A stretch of 64,000 bases of DNA from Ostreococcus lucimarinus (lineage: Eukaryota), in the NCBI GenBank assembly GCA_000092065.1, contig CP000593.1. The stretch is one strand, 5' to 3'. The notes under the pieces are model-generated. The model had not been told where the DNA came from and searched no databases. It saw only the letters and a program-made list of their open reading frames with translations. Both the position numbers and the translations under genes were made by a program. Position 1 is the stretch's first letter, and each line of letters starts with the position of its first letter. Of this stretch, positions 8,842 to 18,559 are shown one piece after another.

Positions 8842-10359
8842 TTACACGAGAATCATGGTGGCGATGGCGACGAAGGTCACCGTCACAAGATTCGCGCCGA
8901 TGCGCGCCGCGGGAGACGCGCCGAGAAGCGCGGCGACGGCGACACGTTGCGCGGAAAGCTGCGCGAGGCACAGACCGTTGACTCGGGCGTTGTCCCACAG
9001 CGTACACTCATTCGCCGTCGTTTTCACGACGACGTCGTTGCTGTTGATGTCTCGGAAGAATCGAGGGCATCCTTCTTGAAGAGTCGTGACGCCCGCGACG
9101 CCATTCAGCCACGACAGACGCACGAGATCTTGCACGACCACAGCCGGATGCACGTAAGAGTCCTCGAACCACGTCAACGACTCGGTCGGCCAAAAGGTTG
9201 AGTGTGAGTACAAGGGATCACCATCGCTGACGTGCTTGTCCAATCGCAAGATCATACCAGTCGACGGTGAAAGACTGGGAAGACCCGGCGCTTCGTTGAA
9301 GGCAAGATTCGTGATGACGGCGGTCTTCGTCGCATCCGTGCTCGGCGTAGTGAACCACGATTCATCGATGACGACGGCAACATTTGCCATATCGGTGAGA
9401 AACGCCGCTTTGCTTGGATACTTGTAATAGCCCGCGCTCGACGTCGCCGCGCTCGGAATGTGAATGCTCAAGCCCGCGGCGGTACAAATGTCTCGCTTGT
9501 AGTCGTCCCAAGTGATTTCGTACGCAGCAGTAACCCAGGCGCACTTGTAACCGGTTGGAATGCCACCTCGAGCTTGCGCCGCGGCGACTTGCCCCGCCAT
9601 GTAATTCCAACGTTCGTACTGGTCGGCGTAGTAACCGCTCGCTTGGGTCTCCTTGTTGAAAAACAAAGAGATAAATTTGATGAACGAAAGTCGCTCGAGC
9701 ATGCCGAGATTCGTGTGCGACGGCGTGAACACCACATCCTTGTCCGAGTTCGAATACCCGGTGTCCCACTCATCCGTGATGACCATCTCCACATTATTGG
9801 TCGAAATACTGTTGTGCCACAGCGTGTAATTGTACTTCGACGCACCCAAATAAATCACGTGACTCGCCGCGAGCGTTCCGTCCTCCTCCGCCTTTTGCAC
9901 GCACGGCGCGTGCACGTACGCCGGATCGATCAACTTCAACTTATCTCGCAATCCGAGCTGTTCGAGGTATCCGACCGCGACGCTCATTCCCGTGGCCACG
10001 CGTTTCACCGGCACCGAGAAGAATCGCGCACCCGCGGGGAACGCCGACCCGTCGACGTCCTGCGTCGGCTGCGTCGTCCCGCACTGGTACAGCACGTACG
10101 TCAACGCCTCGACGCCCGGCAGCGCCTTCGTGCGCACCACCTTGAACGTCTCGGCGTAGGTGACATTGAACCCTTCGCCACCGTCCACGAACGCGCTCGC
10201 GCTTCCCGAGGTGAGATTCCCCGGGGACAAGCGCGCGGCGGCGGGAAAGAAATCTGTCCCGCTCGGCGTCGACGACGTCGCGCAGGCTTGGTTATCCACC
10301 GCCGAGGCGCGCGCGGTGCCGACGAGGGCGAGGAGGGTGAGCAGACGTACGCACGACAT
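8842..10359 (-). CDS. Secreted, probably GPI-anchored or C-terminally membrane-anchored protein with a bacterial class-III periplasmic (solute)-binding-protein-like fold (FhuD/BtuF/FecB type). Candidate algal cobalamin-acquisition (CBA1-like) or siderophore-binding (FBP1-like) protein.
   Basis: A signal peptide (MSCVRLLTLLALVGTARASA) begins at the second Met of the ORF 8842..10419. The PBP-like N-lobe motif reads ..FFSVPVKRVATGMSVAVGYLEQLGLRDKLKLIDPAYV.., and the second lobe ..NNVEMVITDEWDTG..SFIKFISLFFNKETQASGYYADQYERW... The C-terminus is a hydrophobic tail (..LVTVTFVAIATMILV). Confidence 0.55.
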   Translation of the reverse strand: MSCVRLLTLLALVGTARASAVDNQACATSSTPSGTDFFPAAARLSPGNLTSGSASAFVDGGEGFNVTYAETFKVVRTKALPGVEALTYVLYQCGTTQPTQDVDGSAFPAGARFFSVPVKRVATGMSVAVGYLEQLGLRDKLKLIDPAYVHAPCVQKAEEDGTLAASHVIYLGASKYNYTLWHNSISTNNVEMVITDEWDTGYSNSDKDVVFTPSHTNLGMLERLSFIKFISLFFNKETQASGYYADQYERWNYMAGQVAAAQARGGIPTGYKCAWVTAAYEITWDDYKRDICTAAGLSIHIPSAATSSAGYYKYPSKAAFLTDMANVAVVIDESWFTTPSTDATKTAVITNLAFNEAPGLPSLSPSTGMILRLDKHVSDGDPLYSHSTFWPTESLTWFEDSYVHPAVVVQDLVRLSWLNGVAGVTTLQEGCPRFFRDINSNDVVVKTTANECTLWDNARVNGLCLAQLSAQRVAVAALLGASPAARIGANLVTVTFVAIATMILV

Positions 10360-10600
10360 CGCGCGAGCGGGCGTCGGCGAGCCGTGGTGTGGCGGAACGT
10401 TGCGATGGGCGGCAGACAAGTTGACGTCTCGTTCGCGAAAAAAACCCTAAAGGTTGCTAGAATAAACGTTCACAAAGCGGTAAATCTTGGAGATAACGCG
10501 CGGCGAGCTAGTGAAGTGCCGCGCGAGATGATGCAAGATGGGATAAGATGAGAGAACGTCGCGCGAGGCGACATCGCGAGGGCGAAGAGCTCATCGAAAC

Positions 10601-12049
10601 TCACGCCGACTTTGATTTGACGCGCTGAGATCCGTGCACGTAATAGTGCTTCCCGACGTCGTTCAAGTTGCCGAACGTCGCCTTCCAGGCCCCATAATAC
10701 GTCAAGACCTTGTAGTTTAAGTTCCACTTCTTCGCAAACGGGACGAATCGGCGGGAGACTTCGGGTTGGCGGAACTGAGGCATATCCGGGAACAGGTGAT
10801 GGATGACTTGGCAGTTCAAGTAGCCCATCAACCAGTTGACGACGCTGTTGTTCGGATTGATGTCGATCGTGTGATCGACGGCGTATCGCACCCACGAGAG
10901 GTGTTTATCGCTCGGCACGACATCCAAGTGCGTGTGAGACGTGGAAAAGTGCGCGAACAAGTAACATCCGCTCGCCCACATCGTCGCCGCGAACAAGCCG
11001 TACGAGGCGATCCAGGAGTAGCCGGTGACGGCTTTGATAACCGCCGTGCGAATGACGTGCGCGGAAAACATCCAAGCCGCTTCTTCGAAGCTTTTGCGTC
11101 GCAGCGCGTTACGCGGGTGCAAGACGAACATCCAGAAGAACAAAACCATACCGGACGTCACGGGCACGAAGGTCCACGCTTGAAGGCGCAACCACAACTT
11201 ACTGAATCCCCGCGGGCGATTTTCTTCAACCGCGGAGTTGAAGAACGCCACCGTGGGAGTGGTGTCGAGATCCATATCGTGTCGCACCTTTTGGGGCGTC
11301 GCGTGATGCTTGTTGTGCATGTTGTTCCACATGTCGCCACTCGACGCCAAGCCGAACCCCGCGGCGAAGGCTTGGATTCGCTTGTCCCACCAAATGTTTC
11401 CAGTCAACGAATTGTGCCCACCCTCGTGCTGCACCCAACCGCATCGCGCGCCGAAGAAACACGAGTACACGATCACGGAAGCGACGTGCCAACGCGCGTG
11501 CATCAACGCCGTGCCGAGCGCGAACATCGCCGCGAGCTCGGCGAATCGATACGCCACGTGCGCCGGCGAGGGCTTAAAAAATCCCTCACGCTCCAATTCC
11601 TTGCGCCACTGCGCGAAATCCTTCAGCATCGCCTCATCTTCGATCGGTTCCCGCGTCGCCGCGTCCACTGGCTTATGCGGCAACGCCGCCAACGCCTTGC
11701 GCGCCTTTTTCGACCGATAATGAAACTCTTTAAAAGCCTCCGTCGCGTCCGCTCCCGTGTTCGACAGCATGTAATAAATAACCGATCCTCCGGGATGCTT
11801 AAAATCCGTCACATCGTATTCCACGCCTTCGATCGTCACGTACCGCCGTTCGAACGTCTTCGCGATCGCGTGCGGCTCCAACTCTTTCGTCCACGCCGTG
11901 ACGCTCGCGTTTCGAGTCTTCTTCCCCGCGTCTTCGCTTCCCATCCCGACCGTCACCGTCGGCGTTCCGCCTTCGCTCAGCGACGACGACGAGCTCGTGC
12001 GTTCGTTCGCCATCGTTCGCGATGTGCCTTCGGTCGTTTCGACGCACAT
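10601..12049 (-). CDS. Front-end Delta-6 fatty acid desaturase with N-terminal cytochrome b5 domain (Ostreococcus-type acyl-CoA Delta-6 desaturase)
   Basis: 482 aa. It has the cyt-b5 HPGG motif (..DFKHPGGSVIYY..) and three histidine boxes (QHEGGH, HNKHH, QVIHH, with Gln replacing the first His as in front-end desaturases). It is near-collinear with the published O. tauri Delta-6 desaturase, which begins MCVET.., recalled from memory and not aligned. Confidence 0.9.
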   Translation of the reverse strand: MCVETTEGTSRTMANERTSSSSSLSEGGTPTVTVGMGSEDAGKKTRNASVTAWTKELEPHAIAKTFERRYVTIEGVEYDVTDFKHPGGSVIYYMLSNTGADATEAFKEFHYRSKKARKALAALPHKPVDAATREPIEDEAMLKDFAQWRKELEREGFFKPSPAHVAYRFAELAAMFALGTALMHARWHVASVIVYSCFFGARCGWVQHEGGHNSLTGNIWWDKRIQAFAAGFGLASSGDMWNNMHNKHHATPQKVRHDMDLDTTPTVAFFNSAVEENRPRGFSKLWLRLQAWTFVPVTSGMVLFFWMFVLHPRNALRRKSFEEAAWMFSAHVIRTAVIKAVTGYSWIASYGLFAATMWASGCYLFAHFSTSHTHLDVVPSDKHLSWVRYAVDHTIDINPNNSVVNWLMGYLNCQVIHHLFPDMPQFRQPEVSRRFVPFAKKWNLNYKVLTYYGAWKATFGNLNDVGKHYYVHGSQRVKSKSA

Positions 12050-12436
12050 CTCTCGCGTTTTAATCAGGATTTAAAGCGAACGATCAGTTTTGTGGAATTC
12101 GTCGCTTTGAACGCGTCTGACGTCGTCGCCGCGCGTCTTCGAGGCGTGCGGCGCGCGCGAAACTTTGATCGCGCGTGTTTGTTTCGCGGTGCGCGCGGTC
12201 ACGGACGCCGCCGCGCGCGCGCGACGACGCGATGTGACGATAAAGCGAGCCGCCAGTGTCATCATCTTGTGCTCCCTGCGTCGCGCGCGAGCGCCGAGCG
12301 CGCGCGTTTTAATGTCGCCTCGCGCGACCGCGCGCGCGGTCGACGCGGTGGTCGTCGCGATCGAATCATCGTCTCTCGCGTTATTCGCACATGCTAATTC
12401 GTTTCAATTCGCTACGTTGAACGTCGCCGCGCGGCG

Positions 12437-14035
12437 TCACTGGAAGTACGCGGTGAGGGAGCGGCGCGCGCGCGTCGGCGGCGCCGGGGAATCGATCGAT
12501 GTCATCGGTTTCGCTTTTGCTCGCGGGATCGGCTCGTTCTCGGTATTTTCTGCGTCGGGGCGCTCTTCGTCGATGTCTTCGACGTCGGGGTCGGCGTCGG
12601 CGTCGGCGTCGAGGACGACCGGGGACGGCGGAAGACCCGCGGCGAGGGCGAGGGCGTTCCCGGGGGTGTTGGGACGTCTCGCCGTTTGAGGCGCGAATGC
12701 GCTGAGAGGGGTGAGCACGGCGGATGATGTCGCCGCGATGGCCTCGTAACGCTCTCGCCAGTACCGAGCGTCGCTCTGGAAGAGCGCGCGCGCGCGGCGT
12801 TCGTGCTCGAGCGCCTCGATGACGTCGATGGAGGCGGCGGGTTTCGAGGGCGACGCCGAGACGGCGGCGCTGGGTGAGGACGCCACTACCGGCGATATCG
12901 GTCGCAGCTGATGCTGTTGCTGCTTTTGGGCGTCCAGTTCGCGCTGGAGCTCGTCGCGTTCGGCGGCGATGGCGTCCAAGTTTTCCTCGAGCGTCTTCAC
13001 TCGTTCCTCCGCCACGTTGACCTCTAACTCCGCCGTCGCCGCGCGTGCATCCGCCAAACGGAGCGCGGCGGCGTTTTCCGTGAAAATTTGACTCGCCTTG
13101 TCCGCGCGAGCAACGATGAGGTCGACGTTCTTTCGAGATTCCACGAGCTGGGCCTCGGCGTCGCTCAGCGCGACGCTCAGCGCGTTTTCTTTCTCGCGGC
13201 TTCGTCGCAGCTCATCCGCGCGCTCTTCGAGCGCGGCTTCGGACTCCCGCAACGTCGACGCCGTCGCCCGAATTTCTTCGTCTCGTTCGGAAAGTAAACT
13301 TCGTAACTCCTCAATCTCTCGCGCGAGCTCCGGCGACGCCCTCTCGCCTTCCTCCGCGGCTCTAAGCCGCGATTTCAAAACGTCTCGCTCCGCCGCCGCC
13401 GTCTCCGCCTTTTCGTTCGCCTCGTCCGCTTCCGCGCGCGACCTCTCGCGCGCATCCTCCAGCTCGCGCTTCGCCGCGTCAAACGTCTCTCTCGTCGCCT
13501 TCGTCTTCGCCTCCGTCTCGACCGCGTTCGCCTTCGTCTCCGCCTCGCGCGCCGCCCTCTCCCTCTCGAGCGCGTCCTCTAATTCCTTCGCCCTCTCGTT
13601 CGCCCTCTCCAGCGCCTCCGCGTCCGTCGTCGACGTCGTCGTCCTCTTCGACGCCTCCGCCCGCGCCAGCGTCCTTCGCAGCGTCGCCCGCAGTTCGTCC
13701 CGCAGCGCGTCCCTTTCCGCCCTCGTCTTCGCCTCTCCCGCCGCCGCTCGATCCCTCGCTTCCTCCATCTCCCTCGCCGTCGCTCGCGCCTCCTCCAGCG
13801 CGCGCTCGCGCGCCTCCAGCGCGCTCGTCAGTCGCCGCACGTCCTCGTCCACGCTCGCGTACGCCTTGCTCAGCCGTCCCGCCTGCGCCGCCGCCGCGCG
13901 CGCGCGCTCCAGCCTCGCCTCGCTCGTCTCCAGCGCCGCGCGCATCCCCTCCAGCTCCCCGCGCAGGCCGTCCACCGTGTCGTCGAACGCGCGCGCGTCG
14001 CCGGGCGACGACGCGCCGCTCGCCGGCGCATCCAT
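12437..14035 (-). CDS. Coiled-coil protein of unknown function (Glu/Arg/Ala/Leu-rich heptad repeats along nearly the whole length)
   Basis: The start is set at the internal Met (MDAPASGASSPGD..) at 14035. The ORF further upstream, to 14362, runs through CGATCG-type simple sequence that looks like promoter DNA. About 400 aa are continuous coiled coil. Confidence 0.5.
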   Translation of the reverse strand: MDAPASGASSPGDARAFDDTVDGLRGELEGMRAALETSEARLERARAAAAQAGRLSKAYASVDEDVRRLTSALEARERALEEARATAREMEEARDRAAAGEAKTRAERDALRDELRATLRRTLARAEASKRTTTSTTDAEALERANERAKELEDALERERAAREAETKANAVETEAKTKATRETFDAAKRELEDARERSRAEADEANEKAETAAAERDVLKSRLRAAEEGERASPELAREIEELRSLLSERDEEIRATASTLRESEAALEERADELRRSREKENALSVALSDAEAQLVESRKNVDLIVARADKASQIFTENAAALRLADARAATAELEVNVAEERVKTLEENLDAIAAERDELQRELDAQKQQQHQLRPISPVVASSPSAAVSASPSKPAASIDVIEALEHERRARALFQSDARYWRERYEAIAATSSAVLTPLSAFAPQTARRPNTPGNALALAAGLPPSPVVLDADADADPDVEDIDEERPDAENTENEPIPRAKAKPMTSIDSPAPPTRARRSLTAYFQ

Positions 14036-14282
14036 CGCGCCGCGGTGTGCCGTCGATCGATCGCTCGGCGCGCGCGCGCGTCGACCGCGCGAGGTTCGCG
14101 GCGCGCGCGCGATCGACGACGCGAGGGTCGCGCGATCGCGCGTCGATCGATCGCGCGCGCGGCCGCGCGACCGCGTCGATCGATCGCGCGCGCGCCGCGT
14201 CGATCGATGCGTCGTCGATCGACGCGCGCGCGCGATCGACGACGCGGCGGTCGCGCGATGGCGCGCGCGATCGATCGCGCGC

Positions 14283-14300
14283 GGTGGTGACGTCACCACC
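14283..14300. promoter_or_regulatory. Perfect 18-bp palindrome GGTGGTGACGTCACCACC with a TGACGTCA (C-box/CRE-like, bZIP-type) core, ~75 bp upstream of the HCF136 ATG in a divergent promoter
   Basis: Read directly in the sequence at 14283-14300. It lies between the divergently oriented coiled-coil gene (start 14035) and HCF136 (start 14374). Confidence 0.5.
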
Positions 14301-14373
14301 GGGCGCGGCGGCGACGCGCCGGCGCGCGGCGCGGCGCGGCGCACACCGACGCGCGCGCGCACGACCGCGCGCG

Positions 14374-15657
14374 ATGACGACGAGCGCGACGGCGACGACG
14401 GCGACGACGGCGACGGCGCGACGCGCGACGGCGCGCGCGCGCGACGCGGGGTCGAGACGGGCGCGAGGGGGGGCGCGATCGCGCGCGCGAGCGACGACGC
14501 GGACGACGACGGCGACGCGGGCGACGACGGAGGGCGCGGGGGAGGACGCGAGCGCGGAGGGGAAGATGCCGCGACGCGCGCTGGCGGTGAAGACGGCGAC
14601 GCTCGTCGCGGCGCTGAGCGCGCTGCCGATGGATAAGCGCGCGCTCGCCGAGGGTTCGATCGAGAGCTCGTACTGGGAGCAAGTGGAGCTGCCGCTGGAG
14701 CCGGGAGTGATTCTGCTGGACATCGCGTTCAGTTCGAACGATCCCAAGCACGGGTTCTTGCTCGGGACGAGGCAGACGGTGCTCGAGACGAAGGACGGAG
14801 GGAAGACGTGGGACGTGCGCGACTTGAGCGGATTGTTGGACGACGACGTGAATTATCGCTTTAATAGCGTGTCGTTTTGCGGCGACGAGGGATGGATCAT
14901 CGGTAAGCCGGCGGTGTTGTTGCACACGACCGATGGTGGCGCGAACTGGGAGCGCGTCGGGTTGAGCCCGCGACTTCCGGGGGCGCCGGTGTTGATCACG
15001 GCGGTGCAAGATAACGGCACGGCTGAGATGGTGACGGACGAGGGGGCGATTTACTTCACCAAGGACGCGGCGCGCAACTGGAAGGCTGCGGTCGAGGAGA
15101 CCGTCTCCGCGACGTTGAACCGCACGGTGAGCTCTGGTATCACCGGCGCTTCGTATTACACGGGCACGTTCTCCACGATCTCGCGCAACGACAACGGCGA
15201 GTACCTCGGTTTAAGCTCTCGCGGGAACTTTTACATGTCTTGGGCGCCGGGTCAGGCGTACTGGCAACCGCACAACAGAACGTCCGCGCGTCGGGTGCAA
15301 AGCATGGGCTGGCGCCCGGATGGCGGGATTTGGGAGCTTACCCGCGGCGGTGGCATCTTCTTCTCCGCCGAAACCGGCCTCCCGGAGGAGGATTCTGAAT
15401 TCAACGAAGGTAGAATCGGCTCTCGCGGCTTTGGTCTGCTCGACTTGGGTTACACCCCGAGCGGCAAGACGTTCTGGACCGTGGGTGGCTCTGGAAGCGT
15501 GTTTTACTCTACCGACGCCGGTAAGTCATGGAAGCGCGACCGCGGCACGGACAACGTCGCGGCGAACCTCTACAACGTCAAGTTCCAAAGCGAAGATCAA
15601 GGATTTATTCTCGGCAACGACGGTATTCTCTTGCGTTTCACCGGCGCCAAGTTGTAA
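14374..15657 (+). CDS. HCF136: Photosystem II stability/assembly factor HCF136 (Ycf48 homologue), BNR/beta-propeller, with S/T/A/R-rich plastid transit peptide
   Basis: The sequence ..YWEQVELPLEPGVILLDIAFSSNDPKHGFLLGTRQTVLETKDGGKTWDV.. and the repeated propeller blades (TTDGGANWERV, TKDAARNWKAA, STDAGKSWKRD) match HCF136/Ycf48. The start is taken at the internal Met (MTTSATATTATTA..) because the upstream ORF part is simple-sequence DNA. Confidence 0.85.
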   Translation: MTTSATATTATTATARRATARARDAGSRRARGGARSRARATTRTTTATRATTEGAGEDASAEGKMPRRALAVKTATLVAALSALPMDKRALAEGSIESSYWEQVELPLEPGVILLDIAFSSNDPKHGFLLGTRQTVLETKDGGKTWDVRDLSGLLDDDVNYRFNSVSFCGDEGWIIGKPAVLLHTTDGGANWERVGLSPRLPGAPVLITAVQDNGTAEMVTDEGAIYFTKDAARNWKAAVEETVSATLNRTVSSGITGASYYTGTFSTISRNDNGEYLGLSSRGNFYMSWAPGQAYWQPHNRTSARRVQSMGWRPDGGIWELTRGGGIFFSAETGLPEEDSEFNEGRIGSRGFGLLDLGYTPSGKTFWTVGGSGSVFYSTDAGKSWKRDRGTDNVAANLYNVKFQSEDQGFILGNDGILLRFTGAKL

Positions 15658-15838
15658 CGGGCTGCCACAATTGAGCAGCACCCCGCGTCGCGCGTGAAAT
15701 TGCATGTAATAAATCTTCGAATTCGTTCAAATCCTGCGTATGCTTTACACGTCCTACATAAATGCGAGTCGATTCGTCGAGAGAAAGAATGGAGTTGCGC
15801 GCGCGCGTTCGTTTGCGTTCGCGCGATACTGTGTGATA

Positions 15839-17011
15839 CTACTTGAACTGCATGTTTTGCAGTTTTCCTTGCCGAGTCAGGAGATCGCTCAGAAGATCAT
15901 CCGACGACCCCCCGCGATTGAGTCTATGAAACTGTCGACGATGTAACTCGTAAAGCTCTTTCAAAGATTCGGTGTACAGGGCGTGGTACTTGTCGATGAT
16001 TTCGTTTGACGGATCGACGACTTTGGGCACGGCGATGGGATTGCCCACGACGACTTCGATCGGCTCACGCTTCGGAAGCACACCTTTGCGACCAAAGATT
16101 CGACGCCACATGCCTCGACTGAGCGACCGCCCGTAAAAAGCAGGCGGCGTGATGCCAATGAGTTGTTTGATGTACATTTGGAAATTCCTCAATCGTCCGC
16201 CTTCGGGATTTTCCACTTGTTCGAAGATGTCATTCTCGCCGAACGCGAACACGGGCACGAGCGATGCTCCTGTGCGAAGAGCCATCTTTACGAACCCCTT
16301 GCGTCTGGCGAGCGTGAGCGTGGCCCAGCCCGGACGCGCGTCCAACGCTTCGGAGGCGCCGCCGATGACTATGGCGACGGACGCCCCCGGCGCGCGCGTC
16401 AGATTCGTCTCCACGCTCGACTTGGTCACGCTATTGATCCCGAGCCCCATCAACACCTCGCGAGTGAACGGGAACTTGAAGTTCATGGACAGCGTGAGAA
16501 GACGCAAATCGAGTCCCGGAAATGCTTCGTAAAATCCCGTCGCCTCGGTGGCGAACGTCAACAACGCGCCGACGCCGATGACGCCGTGCGGATGATAACC
16601 GAACAAGTAATTACCGCTCGGATCTAACTTCGCGCTCACGTGTAATCGCACCGGAAAATACTCCGCCAAAATCCTCCAAAACGGTAACCGCCGAGACCAT
16701 CGAGCGAAACGCTTCCCCGAGCTCGCCGTCTTCCTGTCGAGCGTCGCGTACCACGCGATGTACCCCAGGAAGAAATTCTTCAACCACATCGACGGCCCGA
16801 ACACGCAATACGCGGGATATACGAATATCGCGCTCAGTATCCACGCGTATATCATCACCACGATCCCCACCTGCTCCGCGTGCGGCCCGTGTTCCGTGCC
16901 GTTCGTCACGAAGACGCTCTTCACCAGCGCCGTAAAGTACAACCCGAGCGGCACGAACGCCGCGCCGATCACCGCGTACCACAGGTAAAAGTTCCCCAGC
17001 CAAAACACCAA
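15839..17011 (-). CDS. DGAT2: Diacylglycerol O-acyltransferase type 2 (DGAT2/MGAT family)
   Basis: 390 aa with N-terminal TM helices and the conserved motifs HPHG (..FGYHPHGVIGVGA..), RKGFVKMA and FGEND. Confidence 0.8.
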   Translation of the reverse strand: MVFWLGNFYLWYAVIGAAFVPLGLYFTALVKSVFVTNGTEHGPHAEQVGIVVMIYAWILSAIFVYPAYCVFGPSMWLKNFFLGYIAWYATLDRKTASSGKRFARWSRRLPFWRILAEYFPVRLHVSAKLDPSGNYLFGYHPHGVIGVGALLTFATEATGFYEAFPGLDLRLLTLSMNFKFPFTREVLMGLGINSVTKSSVETNLTRAPGASVAIVIGGASEALDARPGWATLTLARRKGFVKMALRTGASLVPVFAFGENDIFEQVENPEGGRLRNFQMYIKQLIGITPPAFYGRSLSRGMWRRIFGRKGVLPKREPIEVVVGNPIAVPKVVDPSNEIIDKYHALYTESLKELYELHRRQFHRLNRGGSSDDLLSDLLTRQGKLQNMQFK

Positions 17012-17635
17012 GCCTACGTTTTCGCATCCATTCGTCCATCCGTCAGTCGTCGTCCGCGATCCGTGATCCGTTTCGTCGTCGCGCGCTCGTCTAGATTTGG
17101 ATTATCTCTCCACCCGCGCGTCTCCCCATCGCTCGTCCATCGCTCGTCCATCGCGTCGCCCATCGCGCCATCGCGCGCGCGCACCTCCTAATTTATGTCG
17201 CGTCGCCGTCGCCATCGCCGGCGGTTCGACGAACGTCGCGAGCGCCTCGGCGCCGCGCATCCCGCTCGACGCGCGTCGAAGCAGAAATCGTTTCTGCGCG
17301 TCCTCGCGCGCGTCGCTCGACGACGCGCGCGCGAGCGAGATGGCGGCCGCGACGCCGTCTCTTTCGCGCCGTCGCTCGACGGCGTCGCGACGCGCGGGCG
17401 CCATGGCGCGCGCGGCGACGCGCGACGCAGTGCCGTCGGCAGAGCACGACGCGCGCGGACGACGACGACGCGACGACGCGACGGATCCACGACGCGACGA
17501 CGCGACGGATCGACGACGCGCGAGCGACGACGCGGCGCGCGCGAGAGCGAGAGCGCGCGCGCGCGCGACGCGCGACGCGAGCGCGCGACAACCGATTGGT
17601 GTTGAGAAAAGTTTGACGACGAAGACGGCGCGACG

Positions 17636-18496
17636 ATGGCGCGACGACGCGTGCCGGGACTCAAATCGTTCCTTCGGGCGTTGTTGCGGCTGACGAACGG
17701 CGCGCTGCTCGCGGGCGGACTCGCGACGGCGTTGTTTGCGTTTCACTTGTGGTTGGGATTTAACAAGCGGCGCGTCGGGCTGGACGGTTTGGATTGGGAC
17801 GACGGGCCGGACGCGCGGACGCCCGCGACGGTGGACGTGAGCGAGAACGCGACGGCGATTGAACAGACGAAGGCGCGGGTGCATAATTTCTTTGAGACGG
17901 AACCGTGGTTCGTGTACTTTATCGGGGGGAGCGGAGCGTTTTGCGCGGCGACGGCGTGGTTGGGATTGGCGGGCGCGGAGAACGGGAACGCGTGTTGTTT
18001 GGGAATGTACGCGCATCAGGTGATGTGGATGGTGATATTGCAAGCTGGGTTGGCGGCGTACGTGTCGAGTGGTAAGGCGTACGCGTCGGCGCCGACGGAT
18101 GTGACGGGGGCGTACGCCAACGCGTGGTCCTTCATGGAGGAGCACGAGAACGCGGTGACGTCGCTCGTCCTCGTCGTCTTCTTCGTGCAAATTTTGAGCA
18201 TCATATTAGCGATCGCTTTACGGCGAGCGGCGACCGAAAGCGGTGGTGTGGATAGCGATGACGAGGAAGATAGCTACTACGAGGACACGTACGGGGATCG
18301 CGAACGCGCGCCCCTCGTCGGGAGCTCGCGAGTAGAGATGGAACGCGCGGGCGATAGTGCTTGGCGCATTAGGATGCGCGAAAAGTACGGATTAGACACC
18401 GCTAACTTCGAGCACAGCCCATCGCGGCCGCCGCCGTCTCGAGTGTCGCGAGAGAAGCAGCGCGAGCGCGACGCCAACGCGTGCGTCATCATGTGA
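17636..18496 (+). CDS. Four-helix membrane protein of unknown function (tetraspanin-like topology; acidic/Arg-rich cytoplasmic tail)
   Basis: 286-aa ORF with 4 predicted TM segments and a Cys-containing loop (NGNACCLGMY). I recognise no family. Confidence 0.4.
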   Translation: MARRRVPGLKSFLRALLRLTNGALLAGGLATALFAFHLWLGFNKRRVGLDGLDWDDGPDARTPATVDVSENATAIEQTKARVHNFFETEPWFVYFIGGSGAFCAATAWLGLAGAENGNACCLGMYAHQVMWMVILQAGLAAYVSSGKAYASAPTDVTGAYANAWSFMEEHENAVTSLVLVVFFVQILSIILAIALRRAATESGGVDSDDEEDSYYEDTYGDRERAPLVGSSRVEMERAGDSAWRIRMREKYGLDTANFEHSPSRPPPSRVSREKQRERDANACVIM

Positions 18497-18559
18497 GAAT
18501 TCATTGCAATGTTCCATCATCTTTTATTCCCTTCTTCTATTCGTATCGTGTCTGTCTAA

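Noticed and set aside
14047-14373. 5' extension of the HCF136 ORF (MPSIDRSARARVDRARF..) and the corresponding extension of the coiled-coil ORF to 14362 on the other strand.
   Set aside because: Both read through the CGATCG-type simple-sequence divergent promoter. Internal Mets give sensible transit-peptide (HCF136) and coiled-coil starts.
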